In this document: one piece after another, positions 26,707 through 36,025 of the stretch | Layout of the letters: every line of letters starts with the position of its first letter | Position numbering within the stretch: the stretch's first letter is position 1 | From: Armatimonadota bacterium | GTDB lineage: Bacteria; Armatimonadota; Fimbriimonadia; Fimbriimonadales; GBS-DC | Reading direction: 5' to 3' | Assembly (NCBI GenBank): GCA_023511915.1 | Contig: JAIMAN010000003.1 | Span: 1,049 to 65,048, forward strand | DNA: 64,000 bases | The notes under the pieces: model-generated | What the model was told of the DNA's origin: nothing | The model's input: the letters and a program-made list of their open reading frames with translations, nothing else | The model's database searches: none | Program-made: the position numbers and the translations under genes

Positions 26707-29049
26707 TCAGTTGCGCAGCGGCTTGCCCGTTTCGAGCATGTGGCGCATTCGATCCCAAGTCTTGGGCTGCTGCGCCAAGTAGCCGACGACCTGAATCTCC
26801 AGCTGGTAGAAGTACGACAGCGGCATCTCGGCAGGCTGGCTTAAATCGCCCCCTGCCAGCACATAGGCAATCTGCGAGGCGACGGTGAAGTCATGCTCGG
26901 TAATCAAGTTGCCCCGCTTGAGGTTGTGTAGTTCAATCAGCATGCGGGTCAGCACTTGGTTGCCATATGCCATCACCTTCGGCTCTTCGGGCGGGGTGTA
27001 GCCCTGCGCGGCGAGGTGTTGCACCTCCTGCTTCGCCAGCCACAGGATACGGTCGGGGTTGACCGAGATGGCGTCCACGCCCTGTCGCAGGAAGCCGTAC
27101 TGCATGCCTTCCAGCGCGCTGGTCGCCACCTTGCCGAAGCCGAGCGTCTCCATCACGCGCCGAATCGCGGGGTACGGGTCGGCGTTCGGGGGCAGACTAC
27201 TGAGGGCGCGATACAGCATCGTCGAAGTGCCGCCGCCTGCAGGAATGATGCCGACGCCCACTTCGGGCAGTCCGATGTAGGTCTCCGCGCTGGCGACCAC
27301 GCGGTCGCAGTGCATCGCCAGCTCACAGCCGCCGCCCAGCGTGTACCCAAAAGTCGCCGCCACGACGGGAACCTTCGCATGGCGCAGGCGCAGCAGCGAG
27401 TCTTGGAACGCCTTGCCGCCCATCAGCAGCTCATCGAAGTCGCCCGTGCCAATCATCATCAAAAACAGCTGCAGGTTGAACCCCACAGAGAAGTGTTCGC
27501 CGATGCCTGTGATGACCAGCCCGACGCCCTCGCGCTCGGCGCGCTCCGCGCCTTTGTAAAGCATCTCCATCACGCCTGGTCCCAGCACATTCATCTTGCT
27601 GTGAATCCCAACGCAGAACACGCCGTCGCCGAGGTCATAGACAGAGGCGTCGGCGTTGCGCTCCACTTCGGGGCAGTGGCGCGCCATGTTGGTCGGCGTG
27701 AGGAACTCAGGGTCGGGTCGGTACGGGGCGACTTGCCCTGCGCCCAGCCACACATACACCGTCGTGTCGCCCGTGTCGGCGGTCTCGTAGAAGCGCGTCC
27801 TGCCGAAGCGCAGCAGGTTGTGCGCCAGCTCAGGCACGGGCAGCCCCTCGCGCTCCATGCGTTCGGCGGTCTCGCGCACGCCCAGCGCGTCCCAAGTTTG
27901 GAATGGTCCCAGCTCGCGGTTGAAGCCCCACTTGACGGCGTGGTCAATCGCAATCGGGTCGTCGGCGAGGTCGGGGGCGTGCTGCGCGGCGTAGGCAAGG
28001 GTCTCCGCGTGCAATCGCCACAGGAAGCGTCCCTCGCGGCTGTCGTGGCTCACCAGCGCGCGCAGCCGCTCCTCCAACGGCAGCTTCTCCAGCGCGTCCA
28101 GGTGCGGGAACTTCGCCTTCTGGCGCGGGCGGTACTCGTAGGCGTTCAGGTCTAACGCCTCGATGGTACCGTCTTTCTGGCGGCGGTAGAAGCCTGCGCC
28201 TGTCTTCTCGCCCAGTCGCCCGTCGGCAAGCAGGCGTTGCGCCACTTCGGGCAGGGCGAAGACGCGCTTCTCCTCCTCGGTAGGCAGTCGCTCGTGCAGG
28301 TTGCCCGCCACGCTCGCCATCACATCGAGCCCCACGATGTCTGCCAAGCGGAAGGTCGCGCTGCGCGGGTTGCCAATCAGCGGACCCGTCAGCGCGTCCA
28401 CCTCCTCGATGGTCATCCCAAACTCCTGCATCAGCGGGAAGACGACCATCATCGAGTGGACGCCGAGTCGGTTGGCGATGAAGCCAGGTGTGTCGCGGGC
28501 AATCACCACGCGCTTGCCCAGCACGCGCTCAGCGAACCGCGCGACGCCCTCCAGAATGTCGGGGTCGGTCTCGCGACGGGGGATTAGCTCCAGCAGTTTC
28601 AGGTAGCGCGGTGGGTTGAAAAAGTGCGTGCCCAGAAAGCGGCGTTTGATGTCGTCGCGGCAGGCGTCGCTCATCTCGTGAATCGACAGCCCGCTCGTGT
28701 TGGTGGACAGCACGGCGTGCGGGGCGACATAGTCTTGCACGCGCGTCCACAACTCGCGCTTGATGTCGGGCTTCTCGACGACGGCTTCAATCACCCAGTC
28801 TGCTTCCTTGAGGCGGGGGAAATCGGTCTCGAAGCTTCCTAACTCGATACGGCTTGCCAGTTCGGGCAAGTAAAACGGCGCAGGCTTGAGTTTGCTCACG
28901 CGCTCCAGCCCCTGTTTTGCGTGGTCGTGCGTGAGGTCTAACAGCAGCACTTGCCAGCCGATGTTGGCTAAGTGCGCGGCGATTTGCGCGCCCATCGTGC
29001 CTGCGCCCAGCACGGCAGCCTTGCCTGTGGTCGAATGTTCGTTCAGCAT
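26707..29049 (-). CDS. 3-hydroxyacyl-CoA dehydrogenase/enoyl-CoA hydratase (FadN/FadB-type)
   Basis: GAGTMG, EAVVEK, HFFNPPRY, GFIANR, TLGGGCE, GKPLRN end. Confidence 0.93.
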   Translation of the reverse strand: MLNEHSTTGKAAVLGAGTMGAQIAAHLANIGWQVLLLDLTHDHAKQGLERVSKLKPAPFYLPELASRIELGSFETDFPRLKEADWVIEAVVEKPDIKRELWTRVQDYVAPHAVLSTNTSGLSIHEMSDACRDDIKRRFLGTHFFNPPRYLKLLELIPRRETDPDILEGVARFAERVLGKRVVIARDTPGFIANRLGVHSMMVVFPLMQEFGMTIEEVDALTGPLIGNPRSATFRLADIVGLDVMASVAGNLHERLPTEEEKRVFALPEVAQRLLADGRLGEKTGAGFYRRQKDGTIEALDLNAYEYRPRQKAKFPHLDALEKLPLEERLRALVSHDSREGRFLWRLHAETLAYAAQHAPDLADDPIAIDHAVKWGFNRELGPFQTWDALGVRETAERMEREGLPVPELAHNLLRFGRTRFYETADTGDTTVYVWLGAGQVAPYRPDPEFLTPTNMARHCPEVERNADASVYDLGDGVFCVGIHSKMNVLGPGVMEMLYKGAERAEREGVGLVITGIGEHFSVGFNLQLFLMMIGTGDFDELLMGGKAFQDSLLRLRHAKVPVVAATFGYTLGGGCELAMHCDRVVASAETYIGLPEVGVGIIPAGGGTSTMLYRALSSLPPNADPYPAIRRVMETLGFGKVATSALEGMQYGFLRQGVDAISVNPDRILWLAKQEVQHLAAQGYTPPEEPKVMAYGNQVLTRMLIELHNLKRGNLITEHDFTVASQIAYVLAGGDLSQPAEMPLSYFYQLEIQVVGYLAQQPKTWDRMRHMLETGKPLRN

Positions 29050-29122
29050 CGATAACGCCTCCTTCTAACGCAGCAAGTTTTCGACTCGGCGTTCGAAACT
29101 CCTGCAGGCGGGATTATACCCC

Positions 29123-29395
29123 CTACCCCGCCTTGAAGAAGTGGTACATCGTGATCATCAGGTAAATCCCACTCAGGGTTGCCGCGCCGAAGATGACCCC
29201 AATCCACCAGCCCGTATCGCGCGCCAGCATCGAGAACATCGCAACGAGGTACAGCGTCGCAGTAAGAAGCGCGACCCATGCGAATCGGCGGGCGTGCGGG
29301 TTCGGTGGGCGCACGATGTTGTGGCACACGGGGCACTCCTGCTCAGGCGCGTCGGAGGGCAACTCCGCGCGGCAGTAGGGGCACTTGCGCGGCAT
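29123..29395 (-). CDS. small zinc-ribbon membrane protein
   Basis: CPYC...CPVC followed by two TM helices. Confidence 0.65.
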   Translation of the reverse strand: MPRKCPYCRAELPSDAPEQECPVCHNIVRPPNPHARRFAWVALLTATLYLVAMFSMLARDTGWWIGVIFGAATLSGIYLMITMYHFFKAG

Positions 29396-29417
29396 AGCGC
29401 ATATATTGTACCGCGCG

Positions 29418-32400
29418 TCATTCCGTGCTGATGTGCTGCGCGGTCTGCTGGTTCACGGGGCGGATGGCAACGAAGTCGCGTTCGACGGTCGCCGCGATGT
29501 GCGCAATCTGCGTCGCCTCGTCCGCCTGCCCGCTTTTGTGCAGTTCGCAGCGGTATTCGTCCAGCAGTTCACGGATAGTCGCCGCGTCGTTGGCGTCGAT
29601 GGGCGTTATCGCGGCTTGCGCGGAGGGCGCCAAGCGTCGCTGCAGGGCAGCGCAATCAAAGCCGTACTCGCGCCACAGTTTCACATAGACGACGCCGCCG
29701 GTCATTCCCGCGCAGAGCCACGGTCCAGGGTCGCCCAGCACCACCGCGACGCCCGCAGTCATATACTCGAAGGCGAACCCCTTGAGATGCGCGTGTTCGG
29801 GGCGGACGCCTTCGGCGTCGTCAATGGGGCGCGTGAGGCGTGCGCCTGCCACGACCGACGCGCCCGACAGCCGTATCGCGAAGCGCGAGTCGGCGACGCC
29901 CTGCACCATCAGCAGCCCGCGCTGCGCGCCGTAGGCGAACCCTTTGCCCACCCCGCCGTCCAGCCACTTGCCGAAGCGGTTGCGCCCCTTCAGCACAACG
30001 ATTCGCCCGCCCAGTGCGCACTTGCCGACGCCGTCCTGTGCGCCGCCGTAGACCCGCAGGTGCAGCGGCTGGGCGTTGAACGCGCCCAAGCCGTTGCCCG
30101 CGATGGAATCCAGCAGGGTCAGCGCGTGCGGAGGCTGCGGCGACGGCTCTGTGGCGCAGGCAAGCGACTGGCGCACCAGCGCGCCTGCGGTCGCCGTGCC
30201 CAGCGCGCGCTCACGGCTGCCCCGCTCGCACCGCACGCACAGCGCGTCTGTGGGCGGCTCGTCGCCTGACGGCGCGAGTACCAACGCCTCTTGAAGTACG
30301 CCGCGCGGGCGCGTGACGGCGTAGTCCATCGGCGACATCGACACAGGCTCCAGCAGTTCGGTCAAGTCCACCCACTCGTGTCCGAAGGCTTGCTCCAGCA
30401 GGTCGCAGCGCCCCACAAGGTCTTGCGTGCGCCGAAAGCCCAGCGCGGCGGTCAACTGGCGCACCTCGTCGCCCAGCCCCTCGAAAAAGCGACACAGTTG
30501 GGCGACCGCCGAGTCGTGGTCGCGCGGCACAAACCGCTTCAAGCCCTTGCGCATCGCCTCCTCGGTGGTCTCGATCTGCGTGGCGATTCCCACATGGCAT
30601 GTGTCGGTCTGGCACGCGCGGCAGATAGTGCATCCTGCGGCGACCATCGCCAGCGTGCCGAACCCGCAGCGGTTCGCGCCCAGCAGCAGCATCTTGACGA
30701 CATCGCGCCCTGTCTTCAAGCCGCCGTCCGCCCAAAGTTCGATTTGATGGCGAAGTCCTGCACCGCACAGCGCGCGGTGCGCCTCCTTGACGCCGATTTC
30801 GATGGGCAGCCCCGCGAACTTGAGCGCGTGCGTGCGCGCCGCGCCCGTACCCCCCTCGAAGCCCGACAGGTTGATGATATCCGCGCCCGCTTTGGCGATG
30901 CCCACCGCTATCGTGCCGATGTTGGGCACAACGGGCACTTTCACGGAGATTTTCGCGTGCGGGTTGCAGGTCTTCAGTTCCTCGATCAGTTGCGCCAAAT
31001 CTTCTATCGAGTAGAGGTCGTGGTTATTGGAGGGCGAGATGAGGTCGCAGCCTGGCGTTGCGTTGCGCGCGGCGGCGATTTTGGGGGTGACCTTTTTGCC
31101 GGGCAGGTGTCCACCTTCGCCGGGCTTTGCGCCCTGCCCGATTTTGATTTCGATGACGCACGCCGCGTTGAGCATCTCAGGCGAGACGCCGAACCGCCCC
31201 GAGGCGACCTGTTGCCCGCGATAGGGGGTGTAGCGTCCGAGCATGTCGCGGATTTCGCCCCCTTCGCCGTTGATGCACAGGATTTCGAGCCGACGCGCGG
31301 CTTCGGCGTAGGCGCGGAAGGCAACCTCGCCTTGCGAGCCGAACGACATCGCGCTAATGTGGAACGGGTAGCGGTGATGCCCCACGCTGGTATCGACGGC
31401 TTCGGGCGGTAGGGGGGCGCGGTCGGGTAGGCGCAGGCGCAACAGGTTGCGCAGCGCAACGGGCAGTTCCTGCTCGGTCTGCGCCACTTTCTCGGAGTAC
31501 GCCGAGAAGGGAGCAAGCCCCTCCGCAACCTGCCCTGCAATCTTCCAGATTTTGGGGAAGAAGCGCGGGTCGCGGCGTTCGCGCATGGGTAAGTTGGCGC
31601 GTGCGCCCTCGTAGCGGCGGCGCGCCTCGCGCTCCAACTGCGCCAAGGTCAGCCCCACCGACTCGGAGGCGCAAAAGGTCGGGATCTCCAGCGCCTCCGC
31701 CACAGAAGGCGCGATGCCTATCCCCGCGAAGTTGCGCCCGTAGCCGCGCAACTCGTGCGTGCCCATCGTGGAGATGACCTTCTCCAGCCCCTTGCACAGC
31801 CCCGTGATCAGACGGCGCAGCCGCGCGACGCGCTCTTCAGGGGCAATCTCGGCGCGTTCGGCGTCGAACATCACGCCTGCTTCCAACAGCAGGTACGCGC
31901 AGAACGCATCTGCGCCCAGGCTGAACGCGAAGATGAGGTCGTGCAGGTTGCGCAAGCCGCCGCTGACCAACACCAGCGAGCAGTTGCGGCGCAGCGCGTG
32001 CCCGTTCGCGCCGTAGGTCTCGCGCAGGGCGCGATCAACGCACGCCAGCGCGAGGTGCGGGTCTACAGGCAGCCGTCCTGCCTCAAAGGCGAGCGTGTCG
32101 TCCAGCACGAGAACCTCCGCGCCCGCTTGAACCGCCTGCACCGCCGATTGCGCCAAGCGCTGCAGACACGCGGCGAGGCTCTCCTCAGTGGACTGCGCGA
32201 CTGAAAGCGTTTGGGTGCGGAACAGCGTCGGCAGCGATTCGAGCGTCCGCGCGCCCAGTGTTTCACATGCCTGCTCGATGGCTTCGGGGGACATGAAATG
32301 CGCGAGCAGGCGTCGGCTAAGGAGAAACGGGTGGGGCAGTTCACGGTAGCCCAGCGGCGCGTCTTGGGTCGGGTACGGCGTTGCGGGGCGCGCGCCCAGC

Positions 32401-33944
32401 AGCGTCTGCGTGTTGAAATGTTCCGTCTCACGGTCGCGGTCTAACGCGGGATTAGTCACCACCGCCACGCTCTCTTTGCAGTAGTCCGCCAACGACTGCC
32501 CTTCGGGGTGCAGCACCGCCAACGGCGCGTCGTAGCCCAGCGAGCCGATGGGCTCCGCGCCGTGCTGGGCGAGATGCTCCAAGTAGTCCAAGTCGTCCGT
32601 GCAGAAGTTGTGCCACGCAAGGCGTGTGCGCAGGTTGAATCCCCCCACTCCCGTACCCTCTCCCCCCTTGATAAGGGGGGAGAGGGCTAGGGTGAGGGGG
32701 GATTCAGGGTTCGCTGCATTTACGAACGCTGGTTGCGCGATTGGTAGTACTCGATCTCCCTGGCGTGCAGGGGAAACCTTATCGAGGCGATCTTCCGCTG
32801 CAGGCGACCACAGCACAGTTTGCCCGCGCACGACTTTGGCGATGACCTTCTCGCCTGGCGCAAGCGGCTTGGGGTCGTCGGTGAAAATCTCCAGCGGCAG
32901 GCTCGCCCGCTCGGAACAGACATACAGCCCCTCGTCCGTGGGCGCGAGCCACAGGGGGCGCAGCCCCAGCGCGTCGGTCGCAAACGCGCACACATCGCCC
33001 CAGCGCGCGATAATCGCCGCTGGTCCTTGCGCCACAGGTCCCAGAAACGCGCGGATATGGCGATAGACCGACCGCTTCGGCTCAGGCATCCGCTCGACCT
33101 GCGACCACACAGGCGGGAACAGCACCTCCAGCGCGTCTGCCAAACTCATCCCGTACTCCACCAAGAGGTGGTGCAGCAGGCGGTCGGTGTCTTGTGAATC
33201 GCTGCCGCCGACGCTCAGCGCGACGCCCAGCATGCGCGCCTCGCGACGCAGGCGGTCAATCGTGTTGATCTCGCCGTTGTGTGCCAAGACGCTGAAGGGC
33301 TGCACGCGGTTGAAGGCGGGCATGGTGTTCGTGCTGTAGCGGCTGTGCCCGATGGTAATCGCGGAGGTCAGGTTCGGGTGCTGCAGGTCGGGATAGTAGG
33401 CGTGCAGCGTGCGCGCGCCGCCTTGCACCTTGTAGACCACACTCCAGCGACTTAGCGAAACCACATGTGCTGCCGTTTCGCGCTCGATTTGCAGATGGCG
33501 GTGAAACAGGGCGCGCTCTGGGCACGGTTCGCCCTCTGGCATTAGCCCTGCGATTTGCACAAACAGCGGCTCCGCGCGTCGCGCGCCTGCTCCCAACGCT
33601 TCGGAACGCACCTCGTGCCGTCGCTGCGCCAGAACGCGCCAGCCGTCTGCTCCCAAAATCGCCGCGACGCGCTCCAGAGGGCGAGTCGCTTCAGACTTGG
33701 GCAGGAACAGGTGCGCAACCCAGAAGTTCGGCGCGTAGGCGGCGCTGCCGACCCACTGCGCCCACAAATCGCGCGGCACATCCACCGTCACGCCGACGCC
33801 GTCGCTCTCGCCCGTCACGATGCCCGTGCGGTGTTCCATGCATTCCAGCCCCTCCAGCACGCGCTCGATGCCCCGCCGTGTGGGGTGCGCGCTCAAGTGC
33901 GCCATAAGGGCGCACGAATCGTAGCCCTGATTGCTCGCTTGCAT
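29418..33944 (-). CDS. gltB: glutamate synthase large subunit-like protein (GATase, central, FMN and GXGXG domains)
   Basis: DSC catalytic Cys, HSRYSTNT, HNGEINT, SAMSFGS, IKIGQGAKPGEGGHLPG, CTICRACQTDTC, AFEYMTAG. Confidence 0.93.
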   Translation of the reverse strand: MQASNQGYDSCALMAHLSAHPTRRGIERVLEGLECMEHRTGIVTGESDGVGVTVDVPRDLWAQWVGSAAYAPNFWVAHLFLPKSEATRPLERVAAILGADGWRVLAQRRHEVRSEALGAGARRAEPLFVQIAGLMPEGEPCPERALFHRHLQIERETAAHVVSLSRWSVVYKVQGGARTLHAYYPDLQHPNLTSAITIGHSRYSTNTMPAFNRVQPFSVLAHNGEINTIDRLRREARMLGVALSVGGSDSQDTDRLLHHLLVEYGMSLADALEVLFPPVWSQVERMPEPKRSVYRHIRAFLGPVAQGPAAIIARWGDVCAFATDALGLRPLWLAPTDEGLYVCSERASLPLEIFTDDPKPLAPGEKVIAKVVRGQTVLWSPAAEDRLDKVSPARQGDRVLPIAQPAFVNAANPESPLTLALSPLIKGGEGTGVGGFNLRTRLAWHNFCTDDLDYLEHLAQHGAEPIGSLGYDAPLAVLHPEGQSLADYCKESVAVVTNPALDRDRETEHFNTQTLLGARPATPYPTQDAPLGYRELPHPFLLSRRLLAHFMSPEAIEQACETLGARTLESLPTLFRTQTLSVAQSTEESLAACLQRLAQSAVQAVQAGAEVLVLDDTLAFEAGRLPVDPHLALACVDRALRETYGANGHALRRNCSLVLVSGGLRNLHDLIFAFSLGADAFCAYLLLEAGVMFDAERAEIAPEERVARLRRLITGLCKGLEKVISTMGTHELRGYGRNFAGIGIAPSVAEALEIPTFCASESVGLTLAQLEREARRRYEGARANLPMRERRDPRFFPKIWKIAGQVAEGLAPFSAYSEKVAQTEQELPVALRNLLRLRLPDRAPLPPEAVDTSVGHHRYPFHISAMSFGSQGEVAFRAYAEAARRLEILCINGEGGEIRDMLGRYTPYRGQQVASGRFGVSPEMLNAACVIEIKIGQGAKPGEGGHLPGKKVTPKIAAARNATPGCDLISPSNNHDLYSIEDLAQLIEELKTCNPHAKISVKVPVVPNIGTIAVGIAKAGADIINLSGFEGGTGAARTHALKFAGLPIEIGVKEAHRALCGAGLRHQIELWADGGLKTGRDVVKMLLLGANRCGFGTLAMVAAGCTICRACQTDTCHVGIATQIETTEEAMRKGLKRFVPRDHDSAVAQLCRFFEGLGDEVRQLTAALGFRRTQDLVGRCDLLEQAFGHEWVDLTELLEPVSMSPMDYAVTRPRGVLQEALVLAPSGDEPPTDALCVRCERGSRERALGTATAGALVRQSLACATEPSPQPPHALTLLDSIAGNGLGAFNAQPLHLRVYGGAQDGVGKCALGGRIVVLKGRNRFGKWLDGGVGKGFAYGAQRGLLMVQGVADSRFAIRLSGASVVAGARLTRPIDDAEGVRPEHAHLKGFAFEYMTAGVAVVLGDPGPWLCAGMTGGVVYVKLWREYGFDCAALQRRLAPSAQAAITPIDANDAATIRELLDEYRCELHKSGQADEATQIAHIAATVERDFVAIRPVNQQTAQHISTE
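32636..32706. repeat. 71-nt palindromic element in-frame inside gltB
   Basis: TGAATCCCCCC...CCCTCTCCCCCCTTGATAAGGGGGGAGAGGG...GGGGGGATTCA. Confidence 0.8.
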
Positions 33945-34184
33945 GCCAGTGCCCCTTGTGAAAAGGTTATATCGTGAAAGACCGCGAGACAGCGAGTCGG
34001 CGGCTGTCTCCGAGATGCAAGGCGGCGTCGTTGCGAGACTACAGAACGGGCGCACCCCCCATCGGGAACGCCTGACGGTGGCGATGCGAATTATACGCCC
34101 GTCTGCACAGGATTCCTACCAGCGTAATCGGAAATTCAGTGTTGGCTGCCGTGCGCCGTCGCCCTGCGAGGTATAACATGAGGC

Positions 34185-35066
34185 ATGGCGCGCGACCCAC
34201 GACCACTCAAGGCGAAACTGGACGCGATTTGCGAACGCTTTCGCGGCGTGATGGGCTACAGCCTGTACCACACCCGCCACAACCATCGAATCGACCATCG
34301 CGGCGACGAGATTTTCCCGACCGCCAGCACCATCAAGGTCGCCGTGATGAGTAAGGCGATGGAAGACATTGACGCGGGACGCCTGAACTACGCCGAGAAA
34401 CTGCCGATTACCCCCGACGACATCCGCGACGGGTCGGGACTGCTCCAATTCTACAAGGAGAACCAGTCCGTCGAGGTCAAGATGCTGCTGCACCTGATGA
34501 TTACCGTGAGCGACAACACGGCGACGATTATGCTGGCGCGGCGGCTGGGCACGGTGGAGGTGAACCGCCACTTGGAACGACTGGGGCTACGCAACACGAA
34601 ACTGCTCGCGCTGCACCCGCCCGACGACGCCGAACTGAAAGCCCTGCGCGACCGCTGGGGCATGGGCATGTGTACCCCGAACGAGATGGTGCAACTGCTG
34701 GATGCCATCCGCACCAACAAAGCCGCCTCGCCCGCTGCGTGCGAGCGCATGCTGCGCATCATGAGCCACCAGTATTACGACGACCTAATCGGCGGCTCCG
34801 TGCCGCCGTGGGTGGTCGCCTGCCTCAAGTCGGGCGCAATCAACCGCTCGCGTTCCGATGTGGGGCTTGTGTACGCGCCGTCGGGGGCGTACATCCTGGC
34901 GGTCTTCACGAAGGAGGCGGAAGACACGCGCTGGACGCCCGACAACGAGGGCGAGGTCGCCATCCGCGAGGTTGCCCAGACCGTATGGCGGTTCTATCAC
35001 CCGCGCGATGCATGGCGTGCGCCCAAAAACGCCGACAAGTACGCCGCTGGCTACGGAGGTGGCTAA
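34185..35066 (+). CDS. class A beta-lactamase-like serine hydrolase
   Basis: ASTIK (SxxK), SDN, KSG. Confidence 0.88.
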   Translation: MARDPRPLKAKLDAICERFRGVMGYSLYHTRHNHRIDHRGDEIFPTASTIKVAVMSKAMEDIDAGRLNYAEKLPITPDDIRDGSGLLQFYKENQSVEVKMLLHLMITVSDNTATIMLARRLGTVEVNRHLERLGLRNTKLLALHPPDDAELKALRDRWGMGMCTPNEMVQLLDAIRTNKAASPAACERMLRIMSHQYYDDLIGGSVPPWVVACLKSGAINRSRSDVGLVYAPSGAYILAVFTKEAEDTRWTPDNEGEVAIREVAQTVWRFYHPRDAWRAPKNADKYAAGYGGG

Positions 35067-35069
35067 CCC

Positions 35070-35531
35070 ATGAGCGCAGCCGAGACTCTGGAGACGCGCA
35101 ACACTGTGCGCACGACCCGCTCGCTGATTCTGCTCACCATCTTCGGGCTGCTCGCGCTCGTTTTCGCGCTGAACTTCCGCGTGGTGGTGGTCAGCGGTCC
35201 GTCGATGGAGCCGACCTACCAAAACGGCGACCGCCTGCTGATGACCACCGCCTACTGGCTCTTCGGCGACATCCAGAAGGGCGATGTGGTGGTGATTGTG
35301 CGCCCCAACGGGGAGATGCTCATCAAGCGCGTGGTCGCGCTGGCAGGCGAGCGCGTGCCCGAAAAGTATTGGACGCCGCTGGTGTATATGATGGGCGGGC
35401 GCGTGCCTGAAGGACATATCTTCGTGGTGGGCGACAACATGGAGCGGTCGGAGGATAGCCGCCAGTTGGGGGCGATCCCGCTGAGTTATGTGCAGGGCAA
35501 AATCGTCGGCGGGCGGAGGGAGCTGGATTGA
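35070..35531 (+). CDS. signal peptidase I (short paralog)
   Basis: SGPSMEPT, IKRV, GDNMERSEDSR. Confidence 0.88.
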   Translation: MSAAETLETRNTVRTTRSLILLTIFGLLALVFALNFRVVVVSGPSMEPTYQNGDRLLMTTAYWLFGDIQKGDVVVIVRPNGEMLIKRVVALAGERVPEKYWTPLVYMMGGRVPEGHIFVVGDNMERSEDSRQLGAIPLSYVQGKIVGGRRELD

Positions 35532-36025
35532 CGGACTGGGCGACGCTGACCGCGATGTGGGCGGGCAGGCAGATGCGCTTTGTGCCCGACGAAACGCCCG
35601 TTGCGACGCCGCGCCCGTGCTATGTGGTCGTGCTGATTAGCGACGGCGCGGGACGCTACCTGCTGGCGCACATCCGCGAGCGGGGCTACTGCGCCCCCAG
35701 CGGACGCATCGAGCTAGGCGAATCGCCCGACGCCGCTGCCATCCGCGAGGCATACGAGGAATCGGGCGCGGTGCTGCGCGAGTTGCGCCTACTGGGATAC
35801 TACCTGCTGGAGCCGTGTTCCGTGACGGAGCCAGAGCCGTGCAGCGCGCCTGTGTTTCTGGCGCGGGCGGAACGCCTTGAGCCGCTCCAGCCCGATTCGG
35901 AGTCGCAGGGTGTGCTATGGGCGCGGCTGGACGAGATGCCCGCGCTTTATTACGACTGGTCGCCCCTGATTGAGACGGTCTTTCGCTATGCAGAGGAACG
36001 GCGCAAAGCACTCTGGGAACGGTAA
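35528..36025 (+). CDS. NUDIX hydrolase
   Basis: GRIELGESPDAAAIREAYEESG Nudix box. Confidence 0.88.
   Translation: MTDWATLTAMWAGRQMRFVPDETPVATPRPCYVVVLISDGAGRYLLAHIRERGYCAPSGRIELGESPDAAAIREAYEESGAVLRELRLLGYYLLEPCSVTEPEPCSAPVFLARAERLEPLQPDSESQGVLWARLDEMPALYYDWSPLIETVFRYAEERRKALWER

Noticed and set aside
33990-34085. Assignment of the gltB leader to SAH, glnA or SRP RNA classes
   Set aside because: Only partial words match (CAACGACGCC, GTCAGG); the other required conserved elements are missing
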